NCBI GenBank assembly: GCA_029762535.1
Contig: JARVGK010000004.1
Coordinates: forward strand, 82,314 to 122,102
DNA: 39,789 nt
Reading direction: 5' to 3'
Origin: Thermoplasmatota archaeon
Lineage (GTDB): Archaea > Thermoplasmatota > Penumbrarchaeia > Penumbrarchaeales > Penumbrarchaeaceae
Shown here one piece after another: positions 36,216 through 39,789 of this stretch (position 1 is its first letter; each line of letters opens with the position of its first letter). The notes below the pieces were generated by a model. It had not been told where the DNA came from. It saw only the letters and a program-made list of their open reading frames with translations, and did not search any database. Position numbers and translations under genes: made by a program.

Positions 36216-39200
36216 CTATTCCTCTGAGTAAGGCCTGGATCCCTCGCTTCCGCAGAAAGGGCATGTCCTGTGATCGCTGGGATATACCTCATTGCACTCC
36301 TGACATATGACCGCGTCTTTCGGGTCAAGCTCCCCCTTCACCTCCCATTCGCCCTCGAACTCCTCTTCATCGCCCTCGAACTCCTCCTTGTCCCTTCTCA
36401 TAGAGGCCACTATGAACGCCGCTGCGGTGATTATCAGTGCTATGAGCAGGATCAAGGCCAGGATCCACAGGATGGTCCCCAGGGGGTTCTTACTATTCTT
36501 TTCGTCCGGTATCAAGGGGTTGGTCCCCCGAAGGTATTCTTGCAGGTTCGTGTAACCGTCGCCGTCCCAATCCTCAAGGGCATCGGCCGGGTCATAAGGA
36601 TCCAAGCCGTACATGATCTCCCACTCGTTTGGTATTCCATCTCCGTCAATGTCGTCATCCAGGTGATCCAGGGTCCCGTCCCCATCAGTATCCAAAGGAT
36701 AAGAGAGGGGGTTCTTCGGGTCCGTCCCTGCCGCGATCTCGACATCGTCGGGAAAGCCGTCCCCGTCATCATCGTCATCCTCGTTGTCGCCTATCCCGTC
36801 CCCATCCGTGTCATCCCATTCATTGGGGTCCAGCGGGAAAGCGTCTAAAAGGTTTATGACCCCGTCCCCGTCGGAATCGAACTCCGGGTCAAGCACTCCG
36901 AAAAGGGATAGGGATGAGTTCAGTGCGATGCCTTCAAGCTCCGCGGTATAGGTGTTCCTGACCCGATCATAGGAACCTTTCGGAACCTGGCTCCAGTTCC
37001 CTTCGTCCAAATACCAAAGACCGGTCAACGAACCTATGACATCGCCCCTGAAGGTCCCAATGGCGATCCTGACGGTCGCTCGATGGAGTGTCCTATCGAG
37101 AGGGTTAATAACGAAATTACATCCGAGGGGGATATTGTCGATCGGGGTCAGGATCGGATCGACCTCTATCTCCAATTCCGGTGGATCCCCCTTACCCGTC
37201 GATTCGATCATCACTACCAGACCACCTTCGTATTCGTCGAGGTAGTCGGTGCGGAACACTATGGGGAAAGATATGGTCCCAAGGTCAAGGGCATGCTGTT
37301 CCTCGCCGTCGCTCCCCCTGAAGACGATATTGCGATCTCCGGGCTCAGGTTCGAGGTCCAGGTAATATTCCATTCCGGTGAGCGGGGTCGAACCCAAACC
37401 CTGACGAAGGGCCATTGTGTGTTCCTCACCGTCTATCAGGAGCAGGACCGATACTGGCACGTCCCCGTCAACATCGAAGAAGGTCACATTGAACCTGTAT
37501 CTGCCACCGCCAAGTTCGGAGACCCCCCCATTCGATAGATATGGAGGATCATTGACCGGGAACACGGTAACGTCCATATAACCGGTCGTGCTGAGCGATG
37601 AGGAATCGACGAGCGTAATCTGAATACGTCCCTCACCGTTCATATCCCTGAAAGGGGAGACGGTCAACAGGGTCGAGTTCATGTATGCGGAGAAAATGCT
37701 TGAACCCAATGTGTCTATGTAAATATACACCTCATCTTTGATATCAGGGTCGTATATGTAAGGGCCCAAGTCGATCGTTCCAATGGTATCCTCATCGATC
37801 TTCAGATGCGGCGGGTCCGTGATGAAAATGGGCGGGTTCTTGATATCTATGAACCTTACCTGCAGCGACTTGGTGTCGTTGGACGTTTGGTCCGAGGCGG
37901 TCACGCTGATGTTGAAATACTCATCCGTTCCATCAGGGTATAGGAGGACCAGGGTCGAGTTTATCGGATCGTAACGGGCGTTCTCGGGATCGCTGGTGAT
38001 CACGGTCACATTCTCAAGGGGTGTGTCCTCGTCCTCTATGGTCAGGTCAACGGTGTATTCGACGCCTTCAACAATGGTTACAAAGAAAGAGCCGAGCCTC
38101 AGGATCGGAGGATCGTCCCGGGGTATCACTATCACTCTGAGCACGTATGTCCTCACGTCGTACGTGTCATCGATGGTTATATTGATGAACTCTTCCAGAA
38201 TTGACTCGTCTGTATAAAAGAACTCTATCCTGTACTCATCCGAATGGAATCTACTGTTGGGACTATCGGTGATTATGCTAATATTCCCCGCCCCGTTACG
38301 ATCGATCGGTGTTATGAACAGATTGAATATCTTGTCCTCGTTGACCTTGATGGATCCCGGCAATCCGAGGATCTCCGGGGCCCAGAAGAACCTAACAACG
38401 CGATATTCCGGACCGGAACCGTTGATGATCATGCTTATGTTCACGAAATGGGTCAAAGGATCATCGGATAAGGAGATCGTATGGCTGCCATCGCTCTCGT
38501 TCCAACCGGAGGAAGTAAGGCTTCTCCCCGGGAGCAGGAACGGAGGGATCGTTCCGGTCTCGTTCGTGATATAGCTGAGCTTGAGCGTACCGGAACGATC
38601 GTAGATGTCGACCCTGATGTTAGAGGCGTTGTCCTCTTTGAAATCGACGACCGAGCCGGAAAAGAACACGGATGTCTCGAGCAGTGAAGCGGCATCGGAG
38701 ACGATCGCCCTTGTGAAGTTCAGGGTGCAGTTCTCCACCAGCAATCTGGATGAGTTATCGAGCCTGAGATCGACCGTGTTGGATGAGAATGTGGAATTTC
38801 TTATGACGGCATATGAGGTGTTGTTGATGTACAGTCCCATCTTCGATCCATTCATGATCAACCCTTCGAGACTGATGATATCAGGAGAGTTCAAGCGGAT
38901 ACCTCCGTAATTTCCAGAGGAATGGCCGCTCATCGAGGATACAGTGACGTAGGCGCCCTCCTCTCCGAGGACCAATCCACCGTTCACGGTCAGTGACGAA
39001 TTGTCCTGGAACATTATCGAAGCTCCCCCGTTCACGGTCAGGGTAACACCATCAACGACCGTGATATTGCCAGATATGATATAAGGGGATGAGACCGCGT
39101 CCCACGTCTGATCGGAAGTTATGTCAGAGCCAATGTGGGTATCGCCAGGCTCCGGGTTGGGCAATGCGGTTGAGAGGCCGCCTTTCATCATCGCGAACAA

Positions 39201-39239
39201 CAGAAGGATCATTGCAGCGATGCATGTCTTGGATCTCAT
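36216..39239 (-). CDS. Large cell-surface protein: beta-helix, cadherin/Ig-like repeats, thrombospondin type-3-like Ca-binding repeats, TM, cytoplasmic Zn ribbon
   Basis: Signal peptide, SPYIISGNITV beta-helix start, V.PVNDPP/IPRDDPP linkers, DxDGDG repeats, TM, acidic tail, CQEC..CPFCG. Confidence 0.85.
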   Translation of the reverse strand: MRSKTCIAAMILLLFAMMKGGLSTALPNPEPGDTHIGSDITSDQTWDAVSSPYIISGNITVVDGVTLTVNGGASIMFQDNSSLTVNGGLVLGEEGAYVTVSSMSGHSSGNYGGIRLNSPDIISLEGLIMNGSKMGLYINNTSYAVIRNSTFSSNTVDLRLDNSSRLLVENCTLNFTRAIVSDAASLLETSVFFSGSVVDFKEDNASNIRVDIYDRSGTLKLSYITNETGTIPPFLLPGRSLTSSGWNESDGSHTISLSDDPLTHFVNISMIINGSGPEYRVVRFFWAPEILGLPGSIKVNEDKIFNLFITPIDRNGAGNISIITDSPNSRFHSDEYRIEFFYTDESILEEFINITIDDTYDVRTYVLRVIVIPRDDPPILRLGSFFVTIVEGVEYTVDLTIEDEDTPLENVTVITSDPENARYDPINSTLVLLYPDGTDEYFNISVTASDQTSNDTKSLQVRFIDIKNPPIFITDPPHLKIDEDTIGTIDLGPYIYDPDIKDEVYIYIDTLGSSIFSAYMNSTLLTVSPFRDMNGEGRIQITLVDSSSLSTTGYMDVTVFPVNDPPYLSNGGVSELGGGRYRFNVTFFDVDGDVPVSVLLLIDGEEHTMALRQGLGSTPLTGMEYYLDLEPEPGDRNIVFRGSDGEEQHALDLGTISFPIVFRTDYLDEYEGGLVVMIESTGKGDPPELEIEVDPILTPIDNIPLGCNFVINPLDRTLHRATVRIAIGTFRGDVIGSLTGLWYLDEGNWSQVPKGSYDRVRNTYTAELEGIALNSSLSLFGVLDPEFDSDGDGVINLLDAFPLDPNEWDDTDGDGIGDNEDDDDDGDGFPDDVEIAAGTDPKNPLSYPLDTDGDGTLDHLDDDIDGDGIPNEWEIMYGLDPYDPADALEDWDGDGYTNLQEYLRGTNPLIPDEKNSKNPLGTILWILALILLIALIITAAAFIVASMRRDKEEFEGDEEEFEGEWEVKGELDPKDAVICQECNEVYPSDHRTCPFCGSEGSRPYSEE
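36550..36880 (-). repeat. Coding DxDGDG (TSP3-like) repeats
   Basis: DSDGDG, DTDGDG, DDDGDG, DTDGDG, DIDGDG and DWDGDG within about 110 aa. Confidence 0.85.
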
Positions 39240-39509
39240 GGTGTCTTCACTCCATTTTCTGGACATGTAGATTTTACCGAGGATATATTCTTTTTGAATG
39301 TTTTAAACCCCACACTTTATCGAACTTAAAATGGCTCCGTATGAGAACAGGTAGGGCTACACCAAAACCATTATAAGCTCCGAAAACGTGGCTACAGATA
39401 ATATATTAATATCATGATCCAATGATACGCTTACGGAATCGAGCTGGAAGCAGAGGTTATAATGCCCTTTCCAGCGGAAACGTATCTCGGAAACAAGGAG
39501 GAAAATAAA

Positions 39510-39789
39510 ATGAAGAAGATCATCGCGGCATTGATAGGCGCCCTGACCCTTATGGTGATCATGACAGCGGCCCAGGACAGCGGAGAGGGAGCATATATCG
39601 AGAACTTCTTCGACAGGAACGGGCCCACATCGGATCACGTTACTCTCAGAGGTGAGGGTCAGACCGTTTACGATTCACACCTCTACTTCGAGATCGACAG
39701 GAACGTTCCCATAGCATCTGCGTCCTTGAAGGTGTCCACGGTGGGAACGGAAACGGGTCCCTGGATCACAAATCCCGTCTTGGACGTGG
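39510..39789 (+). CDS. Secreted/surface protein, N-terminal part (runs off the window)
   Basis: AAGGAGG SD, ATG 39510, MKKIIAALIGALTLMVIMTAAQ signal peptide, frame open to the window end. Absent from the ORF track because there is no stop. Confidence 0.8.
   Translation, partial: MKKIIAALIGALTLMVIMTAAQDSGEGAYIENFFDRNGPTSDHVTLRGEGQTVYDSHLYFEIDRNVPIASASLKVSTVGTETGPWITNPVLDV

Noticed and set aside
36550-36880. CRISPR-like or tandem DNA repeat
   Set aside because: The repeats are degenerate at DNA level and explained by DxDGDG protein repeats.

Overview
A compact, GC-rich archaeal chromosomal segment, most consistent with an anaerobic Thermoplasmatota-type heterotroph. This is inferred from NOB1, form III RuBisCO, split purS/purL/purQ, a GvpD-like ATPase, COG3398-type wHTH domains, TTTATA boxes and GGTGA/GGAGG Shine-Dalgarno (SD) motifs. 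About 29 CDS can be supported. They include peptide-scavenging genes (anchored S8 protease, PepF, OPT transporter, M28 peptidase), purine FGAM synthase, an ABC/FtsX exporter, a superoxide reductase and large surface proteins. No tRNA, rRNA, CRISPR array or mobile element was recognised. The most striking feature is a complete bacterial-type polynucleotide phosphorylase (pnp) with a ~215-nt multi-hairpin leader. It is transcribed divergently from a form III RuBisCO whose 3' end overlaps pyruvate kinase, and a pseudouridine-5'-phosphate glycosidase lies ~8 kb away. Together these suggest a candidate RNA-catabolism module (RNA -> NDP/ribose -> 3-PGA -> ATP). A second highlight is a receptor-like fusion (signal peptide, VIT, vWA, TM, tandem wHTH) with repeat and palindrome elements in its promoter. 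All assignments come from motif recognition only; no database searches or folding computations were run.
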